NCBI RefSeq assembly: GCF_036588685.1
Contig: NC_086382.1
Span: forward strand, 5,642,001 to 5,706,000
Origin: Mytilus trossulus
Taxonomy: Eukaryota
Reading direction: 5' to 3'
Length of the DNA: 64,000 nt
This document shows, piece by piece, positions 50,101 through 64,000 of this stretch. Each line of letters starts with the position of its first letter. Position 1 is the stretch's first letter. Both the position numbers and the translations under genes were made by a program. Below the pieces are notes generated by a model. The model was not told the origin of the DNA. It did not search any database and saw only the letters and a program-made list of their open reading frames with translations.

Positions 50101-52312
50101 TCATGTCACCTGAGTATAGAAATGATAGAAAAGACACAATTTTTTTATTTCCTATAGCTTCAATATGCATTTTTAAATGTAAATATGTGCTATGGCCTAA
50201 ATTGACCCTAAATTATTTTTAGTCATACTTGGCCTAAGACCCTTTTAAACTAATATGATATGTTATTTGTAAGTTTTCTTTCCATTTAAAGTACATTAAG
50301 TACATATGTAAGGATTATTTATAATCAAAAAGCTTCACAAATTTAAAATTGCTGGAAAATATTACATCTTCATGTAAGGCTCCCCTTCATTGGAAAACCT
50401 TCATTTTTAGGCACAGGCTCATATAAATTTGACTTTTGAAAAATTATGCTAAGTCTGATATATAAAATGAGTACTGTATTGCTTTAAATACATGATGTAT
50501 TATATATTAAGGCATTTTAAAGTATATTTTTGCAATATTTTAATTTTAAAAGCCCCAAATGTTGATAGTTGAAATTTCTCAATTTTAACGTCCAAATTTA
50601 ACACGTAAAGTTGAATATAGAATTAATCATAGTGTCTATAATATATATCCTATTGCTATGAAACTTTGTAAGCAGTCTTATAATATATTAAGCTTTTGTC
50701 ATACCAAGTTTTATAAAGATTGGGCAACTTTTTCTATCCTATTAGGTCCGAGTACACAGTTATCGTCCTTTGATTTTCGTTGTCCACGAATATAGTCCTT
50801 AATGTGGACAGTGTGTTACTTGCCAATTTATGTTATACCCCTTCCAAATTTAATTCTCCATGTTTTATGCCTCATATAGCAAGTTGGGGGGTGAAATGAC
50901 ACTGTAAAAAAATTTGGGTCATAAATATTTAGGTAAAGTAGTGATTAGGTCCAGCTGAAAAAGGTCAAAAATTAGCACTTCGGAAGCTGTCAAAAGATTT
51001 CAAGACCCCCTTAACACAAAATTGTCCATATTTTGAGTTAGAGCTGATGAAGTTTTCTATAATTTTGATATAATTTGTCCCAAAAGTAGTACAACACACT
51101 GTACAAATGTTATTGAGAAAGCGCAGGTGAGATTTTTTTTATTTACATTTATTGTCTAAAAGAAATGCACTACGAAATAACTGTGTACTCGGACCTAAGA
51201 GGTGAAATCAGGAAATATAGAATCTGTACTTTGGCAACTTCCCTGAATGATCTGATGGTGTCAATTTGTCAAATAGCATAAAACTAAAGGATTTAAACTT
51301 TTATTTGATAGAATTTCTGCAAAAATTACCAATTTTGGCATTATATGGTCAAAATAAGCATTTCATAGCTTTTTCAATTTTGATGCATAAGTGGCATTTT
51401 GACTTTCTATCTGACATGTTTTCATGTGTCAATTTTTGTGTTTCTATGCTTTAATCCAGTTGTATTACTCATTTGTGAACTCTGAATCTACAGAAAAGAA
51501 GATTATCTCAGACAATATGAGCAAAGTGTGTTGTATAAATGACCCTCATCTAACGCCCTGTTTGGATCAAGTTAAATGTGAGGAGCATGGTACATAAAAG
51601 TTGAAGTCCATAATAAAGACCTCACTAAAATTGTATAAAAAGCATTTAACAATGTCTTTTGTACCTGTTTCATTTCACATAATATCTTTCTTTACCTCTT
51701 TAGGATACCATGTGGTTCAAATATAAGCCTGTTGAGACTAAAATTGATGCAAGTATTTCACTAAAAAGTGAAAAATCTTTGTATCAGACCATACTGTCTG
51801 CTCAAAAAGTTGAATGTAATAGGCTTTTTGTGCTCAGATTTATTGTATCATGTCACCTGAGTATAGAAATGATAGAAAAGACACAATTTTTTTATTTCCT
51901 ATAGCTTCAATATGCATTTTTAAATGTAAATATGTGCTATGGCCTAAATTGACCCTAAATTATTTTTAGTCATACTTGGCCTAAGACCCTTTTAAACTAA
52001 TATGATATGTTATTTGTAAGTTTTCTTTCCATTTAAAGTACATTAAGTACATATGTAAGGATTATTTATAATCAAAAAGCTTCACAAATTTAAAATTGCT
52101 GGAAAATATTACATCTTCATGTAAGGCTCCCCTTCATTGGAAAACCTTCATTTTTAGGCACAGGCTCATATAAATTTGACTTTTGAAAAATTATGCTAAG
52201 TCTGATATATAAAATGAGTACTGTATTGCTTTAAATACATGATGTATTATATATTAAGGCATTTTAAAGTATATTTTTGCAATATTTTAATTTTAAAAGC
52301 CCCAAATGTTGA

Positions 52313-52320
52313 TACATGTA
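52313..52320. other. TA->TACATGTA 6-bp insertion (Tc1/mariner-type excision footprint) in one repeat unit
   Basis: gttgaTACATGTAgttgaa versus gttgaTAgttgaa in the other units; it explains the single 1753-bp period. Confidence 0.75.
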
Positions 52321-55300
52321 GTTGAAATTTCTCAATTTTAACGTCCAAATTTAACACGTAAAGTTGAATATAGAATTAATCATAGTGTCTATAATATATA
52401 TCCTATTGCTATGAAACTTTGTAAGCAGTCTTATAATATATTAAGCTTTTGTCATACCAAGTTTTATAAAGATTGGGCAACTTTTTCTATCCTATTAGGT
52501 CCGAGTACACAGTTATCGTCCTTTGATTTTCGTTGTCCACGAATATAGTCCTTAATGTGGACAGTGTGTTACTTGCCAATTTATGTTATACCCCTTCCAA
52601 ATTTAATTCTCCATGTTTTATGCCTCATATAGCAAGTTGGGGGGTGAAATGACACTGTAAAAAAATTTGGGTCATAAATATTTAGGTAAAGTAGTGATTA
52701 GGTCCAGCTGAAAAAGGTCAAAAATTAGCACTTCGGAAGCTGTCAAAAGATTTCAAGACCCCCTTAACACAAAATTGTCCATATTTTGAGTTAGAGCTGA
52801 TGAAGTTTTCTATAATTTTGATATAATTTGTCCCAAAAGTAGTACAACACACTGTACAAATGTTATTGAGAAAGCGCAGGTGAGATTTTTTTTATTTACA
52901 TTTATTGTCTAAAAGAAATGCACTACGAAATAACTGTGTACTCGGACCTAAGAGGTGAAATCAGGAAATATAGAATCTGTACTTTGGCAACTTCCCTGAA
53001 TGATCTGATGGTGTCAATTTGTCAAATAGCATAAAACTAAAGGATTTAAACTTTTATTTGATAGAATTTCTGCAAAAATTACCAATTTTGGCATTATATG
53101 GTCAAAATAAGCATTTCATAGCTTTTTCAATTTTGATGCATAAGTGGCATTTTGACTTTCTATCTGACATGTTTTCATGTGTCAATTTTTGTGTTTCTAT
53201 GCTTTAATCCAGTTGTATTACTCATTTGTGAACTCTGAATCTACAGAAAAGAAGATTATCTCAGACAATATGAGCAAAGTGTGTTGTATAAATGACCCTC
53301 ATCTAACGCCCTGTTTGGATCAAGTTAAATGTGAGGAGCATGGTACATAAAAGTTGAAGTCCATAATAAAGACCTCACTAAAATTGTATAAAAAGCATTT
53401 AACAATGTCTTTTGTACCTGTTTCATTTCACATAATATCTTTCTTTACCTCTTTAGGATACCATGTGGTTCAAATATAAGCCTGTTGAGACTAAAATTGA
53501 TGCAAGTATTTCACTAAAAAGTGAAAAATCTTTGTATCAGACCATACTGTCTGCTCAAAAAGTTGAATGTAATAGGCTTTTTGTGCTCAGATTTATTGTA
53601 TCATGTCACCTGAGTATAGAAATGATAGAAAAGACACAATTTTTTTATTTCCTATAGCTTCAATATGCATTTTTATATGTAAATATGTGCTATGGCCTAA
53701 ATTGACCCTAAATTATTTTTAGTCATACTTGGCCTAAGACCCTTTTAAACTAATATGATATGTTATTTGTAAGTTTTCTTTCCATTTAAAGTACATTAAG
53801 TACATATGTAAGGATTATTTATAATCAAAAAGCTTCACAAATTTAAAATTGCTGGAAAATATTACATCTTCATGTAAGGCTCCCCTTCATTGGAAAACCT
53901 TCATTTTTAGGCACAGGCTCATATAAATTTGACTTTTGAAAAATTATGCTAAGTCTGATATATAAAATGAGTACTGTATTGCTTTAAATACATGATGTAT
54001 TATATATTAAGGCATTTTAAAGTATATTTTTGCAATATTTTAATTTTAAAAGCCCCAAATGTTGATAGTTGAAATTTCTCAATTTTAACGTCCAAATTTA
54101 ACACGTAAAGTTGAATATAGAATTAATCATAGTGTCTATAATATATATCCTATTGCTATGAAACTTTGTAAGCAGTCTTATAATATATTAAGCTTTTGTC
54201 ATACCAAGTTTTATAAAGATTGGGCAACTTTTTCTATCCTATTAGGTCCGAGTACACAGTTATCGTCCTTTGATTTTCGTTGTCCACGAATATAGTCCTT
54301 AATGTGGACAGTGTGTTACTTGCCAATTTATGTTATACCCCTTCCAAATTTAATTCTCCATGTTTTATGCCTCATATAGCAAGTTGGGGGGTGAAATGAC
54401 ACTGTAAAAAAATTTGGGTCATAAATATTTAGGTAAAGTAGTGATTAGGTCCAGCTGAAAAAGGTCAAAAATTAGCACTTCGGAAGCTGTCAAAAGATTT
54501 CAAGACCCCCTTAACACAAAATTGTCCATATTTTGAGTTAGAGCTGATGAAGTTTTCTATAATTTTGATATAATTTGTCCCAAAAGTAGTACAACACACT
54601 GTACAAATGTTATTGAGAAAGCGCAGGTGAGATTTTTTTTATTTACATTTATTGTCTAAAAGAAATGCACTACGAAATAACTGTGTACTCGGACCTAAGA
54701 GGTGAAATCAGGAAATATAGAATCTGTACTTTGGCAACTTCCCTGAATGATCTGATGGTGTCAATTTGTCAAATAGCATAAAACTAAAGGATTTAAACTT
54801 TTATTTGATAGAATTTCTGCAAAAATTACCAATTTTGGCATTATATGGTCAAAATAAGCATTTCATAGCTTTTTCAATTTTGATGCATAAGTGGCATTTT
54901 GACTTTCTATCTGACATGTTTTCATGTGTCAATTTTTGTGTTTCTATGCTTTAATCCAGTTGTATTACTCATTTGTGAACTCTGAATCTACAGAAAAGAA
55001 GATTATCTCAGACAATATGAGCAAAGTGTGTTGTATAAATGACCCTCATCTAACGCCCTGTTTGGATCAAGTTAAATGTGAGGAGCATGGTACATAAAAG
55101 TTGAAGTCCATAATAAAGACCTCACTAAAATTGTATAAAAAGCATTTAACAATGTCTTTTGTACCTGTTTCATTTCACATAATATCTTTCTTTACCTCTT
55201 TAGGATACCATGTGGTTCAAATATAAGCCTGTTGAGACTAAAATTGATGCAAGTATTTCACTAAAAAGTGAAAAATCTTTGTATCAGACCATACTGTCTG

Positions 55301-58300
55301 CTCAAAAAGTTGAATGTAATAGGCTTTTTGTGCTCAGATTTATTGTATCATGTCACCTGAGTATAGAAATGATAGAAAAGACACAATTTTTTTATTTCCT
55401 ATAGCTTCAATATGCATTTTTAAATGTAAATATGTGCTATGGCCTAAATTGACCCTAAATTATTTTTAGTCATACTTGGCCTAAGACCCTTTTAAACTAA
55501 TATGATATGTTATTTGTAAGTTTTCTTTCCATTTAAAGTACATTAAGTACATATGTAAGGATTATTTATAATCAAAAAGCTTCACAAATTTAAAATTGCT
55601 GGAAAATATTACATCTTCATGTAAGGCTCCCCTTCATTGGAAAACCTTCATTTTTAGGCACAGGCTCATATAAATTTGACTTTTGAAAAATTATGCTAAG
55701 TCTGATATATAAAATGAGTACTGTATTGCTTTAAATACATGATGTATTATATATTAAGGCATTTTAAAGTATATTTTTGCAATATTTTAATTTTAAAAGC
55801 CCCAAATGTTGATAGTTGAAATTTCTCAATTTTAACGTCCAAATTTAACACGTAAAGTTGAATATAGAATTAATCATAGTGTCTATAATATATATCCTAT
55901 TGCTATGAAACTTTGTAAGCAGTCTTATAATATATTAAGCTTTTGTCATACCAAGTTTTATAAAGATTGGGCAACTTTTTCTATCCTATTAGGTCCGAGT
56001 ACACAGTTATCGTCCTTTGATTTTCGTTGTCCACGAATATAGTCCTTAATGTGGACAGTGTGTTACTTGCCAATTTATGTTATACCCCTTCCAAATTTAA
56101 TTCTCCATGTTTTATGCCTCATATAGCAAGTTGGGGGGTGAAATGACACTGTAAAAAAATTTGGGTCATAAATATTTAGGTAAAGTAGTGATTAGGTCCA
56201 GCTGAAAAAGGTCAAAAATTAGCACTTCGGAAGCTGTCAAAAGATTTCAAGACCCCCTTAACACAAAATTGTCCATATTTTGAGTTAGAGCTGATGAAGT
56301 TTTCTATAATTTTGATATAATTTGTCCCAAAAGTAGTACAACACACTGTACAAATGTTATTGAGAAAGCGCAGGTGAGATTTTTTTTATTTACATTTATT
56401 GTCTAAAAGAAATGCACTACGAAATAACTGTGTACTCGGACCTAAGAGGTGAAATCAGGAAATATAGAATCTGTACTTTGGCAACTTCCCTGAATGATCT
56501 GATGGTGTCAATTTGTCAAATAGCATAAAACTAAAGGATTTAAACTTTTATTTGATAGAATTTCTGCAAAAATTACCAATTTTGGCATTATATGGTCAAA
56601 ATAAGCATTTCATAGCTTTTTCAATTTTGATGCATAAGTGGCATTTTGACTTTCTATCTGACATGTTTTCATGTGTCAATTTTTGTGTTTCTATGCTTTA
56701 ATCCAGTTGTATTACTCATTTGTGAACTCTGAATCTACAGAAAAGAAGATTATCTCAGACAATATGAGCAAAGTGTGTTGTATAAATGACCCTCATCTAA
56801 CGCCCTGTTTGGATCAAGTTAAATGTGAGGAGCATGGTACATAAAAGTTGAAGTCCATAATAAAGACCTCACTAAAATTGTATAAAAAGCATTTAACAAT
56901 GTCTTTTGTACCTGTTTCATTTCACATAATATCTTTCTTTACCTCTTTAGGATACCATGTGGTTCAAATATAAGCCTGTTGAGACTAAAATTGATGCAAG
57001 TATTTCACTAAAAAGTGAAAAATCTTTGTATCAGACCATACTGTCTGCTCAAAAAGTTGAATGTAATAGGCTTTTTGTGCTCAGATTTATTGTATCATGT
57101 CACCTGAGTATAGAAATGATAGAAAAGACACAATTTTTTTATTTCCTATAGCTTCAATATGCATTTTTAAATGTAAATATGTGCTATGGCCTAAATTGAC
57201 CCTAAATTATTTTTAGTCATACTTGGCCTAAGACCCTTTTAAACTAATATGATATGTTATTTGTAAGTTTTCTTTCCATTTAAAGTACATTAAGTACATA
57301 TGTAAGGATTATTTATAATCAAAAAGCTTCACAAATTTAAAATTGCTGGAAAATATTACATCTTCATGTAAGGCTCCCCTTCATTGGAAAACCTTCATTT
57401 TTAGGCACAGGCTCATATAAATTTGACTTTTGAAAAATTATGCTAAGTCTGATATATAAAATGAGTACTGTATTGCTTTAAATACATGATGTATTATATA
57501 TTAAGGCATTTTAAAGTATATTTTTGCAATATTTTAATTTTAAAAGCCCCAAATGTTGATAGTTGAAATTTCTCAATTTTAACGTCCAAATTTAACACGT
57601 AAAGTTGAATATAGAATTAATCATAGTGTCTATAATATATATCCTATTGCTATGAAACTTTGTAAGCAGTCTTATAATATATTAAGCTTTTGTCATACCA
57701 AGTTTTATAAAGATTGGGCAACTTTTTCTATCCTATTAGGTCCGAGTACACAGTTATCGTCCTTTGATTTTCGTTGTCCACGAATATAGTCCTTAATGTG
57801 GACAGTGTGTTACTTGCCAATTTATGTTATACCCCTTCCAAATTTAATTCTCCATGTTTTATGCCTCATATAGCAAGTTGGGGGGTGAAATGACACTGTA
57901 AAAAAATTTGGGTCATAAATATTTAGGTAAAGTAGTGATTAGGTCCAGCTGAAAAAGGTCAAAAATTAGCACTTCGGAAGCTGTCAAAAGATTTCAAGAC
58001 CCCCTTAACACAAAATTGTCCATATTTTGAGTTAGAGCTGATGAAGTTTTCTATAATTTTGATATAATTTGTCCCAAAAGTAGTACAACACACTGTACAA
58101 ATGTTATTGAGAAAGCGCAGGTGAGATTTTTTTTATTTACATTTATTGTCTAAAAGAAATGCACTACGAAATAACTGTGTACTCGGACCTAAGAGGTGAA
58201 ATCAGGAAATATAGAATCTGTACTTTGGCAACTTCCCTGAATGATCTGATGGTGTCAATTTGTCAAATAGCATAAAACTAAAGGATTTAAACTTTTATTT

Positions 58301-61300
58301 GATAGAATTTCTGCAAAAATTACCAATTTTGGCATTATATGGTCAAAATAAGCATTTCATAGCTTTTTCAATTTTGATGCATAAGTGGCATTTTGACTTT
58401 CTATCTGACATGTTTTCATGTGTCAATTTTTGTGTTTCTATGCTTTAATCCAGTTGTATTACTCATTTGTGAACTCTGAATCTACAGAAAAGAAGATTAT
58501 CTCAGACAATATGAGCAAAGTGTGTTGTATAAATGACCCTCATCTAACGCCCTGTTTGGATCAAGTTAAATGTGAGGAGCATGGTACATAAAAGTTGAAG
58601 TCCATAATAAAGACCTCACTAAAATTGTATAAAAAGCATTTAACAATGTCTTTTGTACCTGTTTCATTTCACATAATATCTTTCTTTACCTCTTTAGGAT
58701 ACCATGTGGTTCAAATATAAGCCTGTTGAGACTAAAATTGATGCAAGTATTTCACTAAAAAGTGAAAAATCTTTGTATCAGACCATACTGTCTGCTCAAA
58801 AAGTTGAATGTAATAGGCTTTTTGTGCTCAGATTTATTGTATCAGGTCACCTGAGTATAGAAATGATAGAAAAGACACAATTTTTTTATTTCCTATAGCT
58901 TCAATATGCATTTTTAAATGTAAATATGTGCTATGGCCTAAATTGACCCTAAATTATTTTTAGTCATACTTGGCCTAAGACCCTTTTAAACTAATATGAT
59001 ATGTTATTTGTAAGTTTTCTTTCCATTTAAAGTACATTAAGTACATATGTAAGGATTATTTATAATCAAAAAGCTTCACAAATTTAAAATTGCTGGAAAA
59101 TATTACATCTTCATGTAAGGCTCCCCTTCATTGGAAAACCTTCATTTTTAGGCACAGGCTCATATAAATTTGACTTTTGAAAAATTATGCTAAGTCTGAT
59201 ATATAAAATGAGTACTGTATTGCTTTAAATACATGATGTATTATATATTAAGGCATTTTAAAGTATATTTTTGCAATATTTTAATTTTAAAAGCCCCAAA
59301 TGTTGATAGTTGAAATTTCTCAATTTTAACGTCCAAATTTAACACGTAAAGTTGAATATAGAATTAATCATAGTGTCTATAATATATATCCTATTGCTAT
59401 GAAACTTTGTAAGCAGTCTTATAATATATTAAGCTTTTGTCATACCAAGTTTTATAAAGATTGGGCAACTTTTTCTATCCTATTAGGTCCGAGTACACAG
59501 TTATCGTCCTTTGATTTTCGTTGTCCACGAATATAGTCCTTAATGTGGACAGTGTGTTACTTGCCAATTTATGTTATACCCCTTCCAAATTTAATTCTCC
59601 ATGTTTTATGCCTCATATAGCAAGTTGGGGGGTGAAATGACACTGTACAAAAATTTGGGTCATAAATATTTAGGTAAAGTAGTGATTAGGTCCAGCTGAA
59701 AAAGGTCAAAAATTAGCACTTCGGAAGCTGTCAAAAGATTTCAAGACCCCCTTAACACAAAATTGTCCATATTTTGAGTTAGAGCTGATGAAGTTTTCTA
59801 TAATTTTGATATAATTTGTCCCAAAAGTAGTACAACACACTGTACAAATGTTATTGAGAAAGCGCAGGTGAGATTTTTTTTATTTACATTTATTGTCTAA
59901 AAGAAATGCACTACGAAATAACTGTGTACTCGGACCTAAGAGGTGAAATCAGGAAATATAGAATCTGTACTTTGGCAACTTCCCTGAATGATCTGATGGT
60001 GTCAATTTGTCAAATAGCATAAAACTAAAGGATTTAAACTTTTATTTGATAGAATTTCTGCAAAAATTACCAATTTTGGCATTATATGGTCAAAATAAGC
60101 ATTTCATAGCTTTTTCAATTTTGATGCATAAGTGGCATTTTGACTTTCTATCTGACATGTTTTCATGTGTCAATTTTTGTGTTTCTATGCTTTAATCCAG
60201 TTGTATTACTCATTTGTGAACTCTGAATCTACAGAAAAGAAGATTATCTCAGACAATATGAGCAAAGTGTGTTGTATAAATGACCCTCATCTAACGCCCT
60301 GTTTGGATCAAGTTAAATGTGAGGAGCATGGTACATAAAAGTTGAAGTCCATAATAAAGACCTCACTAAAATTGTATAAAAAGCATTTAACAATGTCTTT
60401 TGTACCTGTTTCATTTCACATAATATCTTTCTTTACCTCTTTAGGATACCATGTGGTTCAAATATAAGCCTGTTGAGACTAAAATTGATGCAAGTATTTC
60501 ACTAAAAAGTGAAAAATCTTTGTATCAGACCATACTGTCTGCTCAAAAAGTTGAATGTAATAGGCTTTTTGTGCTCAGATTTATTGTATCATGTCACCTG
60601 AGTATAGAAATGATAGAAAAGACACAATTTTTTTATTTCCTATAGCTTCAATATGCATTTTTAAATGTAAATATGTGCTATGGCCTAAATTGACCCTAAA
60701 TTATTTTTAGTCATACTTGGCCTAAGACCCTTTTAAACTAATATGATATGTTATTTGTAAGTTTTCTTTCCATTTAAAGTACATTAAGTACATATGTAAG
60801 GATTATTTATAATCAAAAAGCTTCACAAATTTAAAATTGCTGGAAAATATTACATCTTCATGTAAGGCTCCCCTTCATTGGAAAACCTTCATTTTTAGGC
60901 ACAGGCTCATATAAATTTGACTTTTGAAAAATTATGCTAAGTCTGATATATAAAATGAGTACTGTATTGCTTTAAATACATGATGTATTATATATTAAGG
61001 CATTTTAAAGTATATTTTTGCAATATTTTAATTTTAAAAGCCCCAAATGTTGATAGTTGAAATTTCTCAATTTTAACGTCCAAATTTAACACGTAAAGTT
61101 GAATATAGAATTAATCATAGTGTCTATAATATATATCCTATTGCTATGAAACTTTGTAAGCAGTCTTATAATATATTAAGCTTTTGTCATACCAAGTTTT
61201 ATAAAGATTGGGCAACTTTTTCTATCCTATTAGGTCCGAGTACACAGTTATCGCCCTTTGATTTTCGTTGTCCACGAATATAGTCCTTAATGTGGACAGT

Positions 61301-64000
61301 GTGTTACTTGCCAATTTATGTTATACCCCTTCCAAATTTAATTCTCCATGTTTTATGCCTCATATAGCAAGTTGGGGGGTGAAATGACACTGTAAAAAAA
61401 TTTGGGTCATAAATATTTAGGTAAAGTAGTGATTAGGTCCAGCTGAAAAAGGTCAAAAATTAGCACTTCGGAAGCTGTCAAAAGATTTCAAGACCCCCTT
61501 AACACAAAATTGTCCATATTTTGAGTTAGAGCTGATGAAGTTTTCTATAATTTTGATATAATTTGTCCCAAAAGTAGTACAACACACTGTACAAATGTTA
61601 TTGAGAAAGCGCAGGTGAGATTTTTTTTATTTACATTTATTGTCTAAAAGAAATGCACTACGAAATAACTGTGTACTCGGACCTAAGAGGTGAAATCAGG
61701 AAATATAGAATCTGTACTTTGGCAACTTCCCTGAATGATCTGATGGTGTCAATTTGTCAAATAGCATAAAACTAAAGGATTTAAACTTTTATTTGATAGA
61801 ATTTCTGCAAAAATTACCAATTTTGGCATTATATGGTCAAAATAAGCATTTCATAGCTTTTTCAATTTTGATGCATAAGTGGCATTTTGACTTTCTATCT
61901 GACATGTTTTCATGTGTCAATTTTTGTGTTTCTATGCTTTAATCCAGTTGTATTACTCATTTGTGAACTCTGAATCTACAGAAAAGAAGATTATCTCAGA
62001 CAATATGAGCAAAGTGTGTTGTATAAATGACCCTCATCTAACGCCCTGTTTGGATCAAGTTAAATGTGAGGAGCATGGTACATAAAAGTTGAAGTCCATA
62101 ATAAAGACCTCACTAAAATTGTATAAAAAGCATTTAACAATGTCTTTTGTACCTGTTTCATTTCACATAATATCTTTCTTTACCTCTTTAGGATACCATG
62201 TGGTTCAAATATAAGCCTGTTGAGACTAAAATTGATGCAAGTATTTCACTAAAAAGTGAAAAATCTTTGTATCAGACCATACTGTCTGCTCAAAAAGTTG
62301 AATGTAATAGGCTTTTTGTGCTCAGATTTATTGTATCATGTCACCTGAGTATAGAAATGATAGAAAAGACACAATTTTTTTATTTCCTATAGCTTCAATA
62401 TGCATTTTTAAATGTAAATATGTGCTATGGCCTAAATTGACCCTAAATTATTTTTAGTCATACTTGGCCTAAGACCCTTTTAAACTAATATGATATGTTA
62501 TTTGTAAGTTTTCTTTCCATTTAAAGTACATTAAGTACATATGTAAGGATTATTTATAATCAAAAAGCTTCACAAATTTAAAATTGCTGGAAAATATTAC
62601 ATCTTCATGTAAGGCTCCCCTTCATTGGAAAACCTTCATTTTTAGGCACAGGCTCATATAAATTTGACTTTTGAAAAATTATGCTAAGTCTGATATATAA
62701 AATGAGTACTGTATTGCTTTAAATACATGATGTATTATATATTAAGGCATTTTAAAGTATATTTTTGCAATATTTTAATTTTAAAAGCCCCAAATGTTGA
62801 TAGTTGAAATTTCTCAATTTTAACGTCCAAATTTAACACGTAAAGTTGAATATAGAATTAATCATAGTGTCTATAATATATATCCTATTGCTATGAAACT
62901 TTGTAAGCAGTCTTATAATATATTAAGCTTTTGTCATACCAAGTTTTATAAAGATTGGGCAACTTTTTCTATCCTATTAGGTCCGAGTACACAGTTATCG
63001 TCCTTTGATTTTCGTTGTCCACGAATATAGTCCTTAATGTGGACAGTGTGTTACTTGCCAATTTATGTTATACCCCTTCCAAATTTAATTCTCCATGTTT
63101 TATGCCTCATATAGCAAGTTGGGGGGTGAAATGACACTGTAAAAAAATTTGGGTCATAAATATTTAGGTAAAGTAGTGATTAGGTCCAGCTGAAAAAGGT
63201 CAAAAATTAGCACTTCGGAAGCTGTCAAAAGATTTCAAGACCCCCTTAACACAAAATTGTCCATATTTTGAGTTAGAGCTGATGAAGTTTTCTATAATTT
63301 TGATATAATTTGTCCCAAAAGTAGTACAACACACTGTACAAATGTTATTGAGAAAGCGCAGGTGAGATTTTTTTTATTTACATTTATTGTCTAAAAGAAA
63401 TGCACTACGAAATAACTGTGTACTCGGACCTAAGAGGTGAAATCAGGAAATATAGAATCTGTACTTTGGCAACTTCCCTGAATGATCTGATGGTGTCAAT
63501 TTGTCAAATAGCATAAAACTAAAGGATTTAAACTTTTATTTGATAGAATTTCTGCAAAAATTACCAATTTTGGCATTATATGGTCAAAATAAGCATTTCA
63601 TAGCTTTTTCAATTTTGATGCATAAGTGGCATTTTGACTTTCTATCTGACATGTTTTCATGTGTCAATTTTTGTGTTTCTATGCTTTAATCCAGTTGTAT
63701 TACTCATTTGTGAACTCTGAATCTACAGAAAAGAAGATTATCTCAGACAATATGAGCAAAGTGTGTTGTATAAATGACCCTCATCTAACGCCCTGTTTGG
63801 ATCAAGTTAAATGTGAGGAGCATGGTACATAAAAGTTGAAGTCCATAATAAAGACCTCACTAAAATTGTATAAAAAGCATTTAACAATGTCTTTTGTACC
63901 TGTTTCATTTCACATAATATCTTTCTTTACCTCTTTAGGATACCATGTGGTTCAAATATAAGCCTGTTGAGACTAAAATTGATGCAAGTATTTCACTAAA

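Larger units (their letters stand above)
35962..64000. repeat. Macrosatellite: ~1,747-bp unit (451-bp MITE + ~1.29-kb spacer), at least 17 spacer copies, running off the window end
   Basis: ORF-track period is 1747, except 1291 (twice) and 1753 (once); units are essentially identical with only a handful of point differences seen. Confidence 0.98.

Noticed and set aside
36455-63689. Repeated 62-aa and 64-aa ORFs as a tandem gene family
   Set aside because: Short, AT-biased, no recognisable motif (the 62-aa one starts at TTG); they recur only because the DNA unit is repeated.
35962-64000. Array as rDNA/5S, histone, tRNA/snRNA cluster or CRISPR
   Set aside because: No recognisable RNA gene or histone ORF in the unit; spacers are identical and kilobase-sized; eukaryotic context with no cas genes.

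Overview
AT-rich eukaryotic genomic DNA, most likely a bivalve mollusc (Mytilus-like; inferred from gene architecture and repeat families, not from a search). The window has two halves. (1) 1-35.9 kb is a minus-strand tandem cluster of TRIM genes with uninterrupted CDSs (RING/B-box1/B-box2/coiled-coil/C-terminal NHL-like beta-propeller). It holds three intact copies, two full-length pseudogenes and 2-3 internally collapsed relics, arranged by segmental duplication and interspersed with Penelope-like retroelement fragments, MITEs, a Helentron-type non-autonomous element and short dispersed repeats. (2) 35,962 to the window end is a near-identical ~1,747-bp macrosatellite (17 spacer copies, the last one partial). 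Each unit is a 451-bp TIR-bounded MITE plus a ~1.29-kb non-coding spacer. The array begins exactly at a MITE left TIR. Two junctions lack the MITE, forming a 2 x 3,038-bp higher-order repeat, and one unit carries a TA->TACATGTA Tc1/mariner-type excision footprint. No prokaryotic, CRISPR, rRNA or tRNA features were seen.
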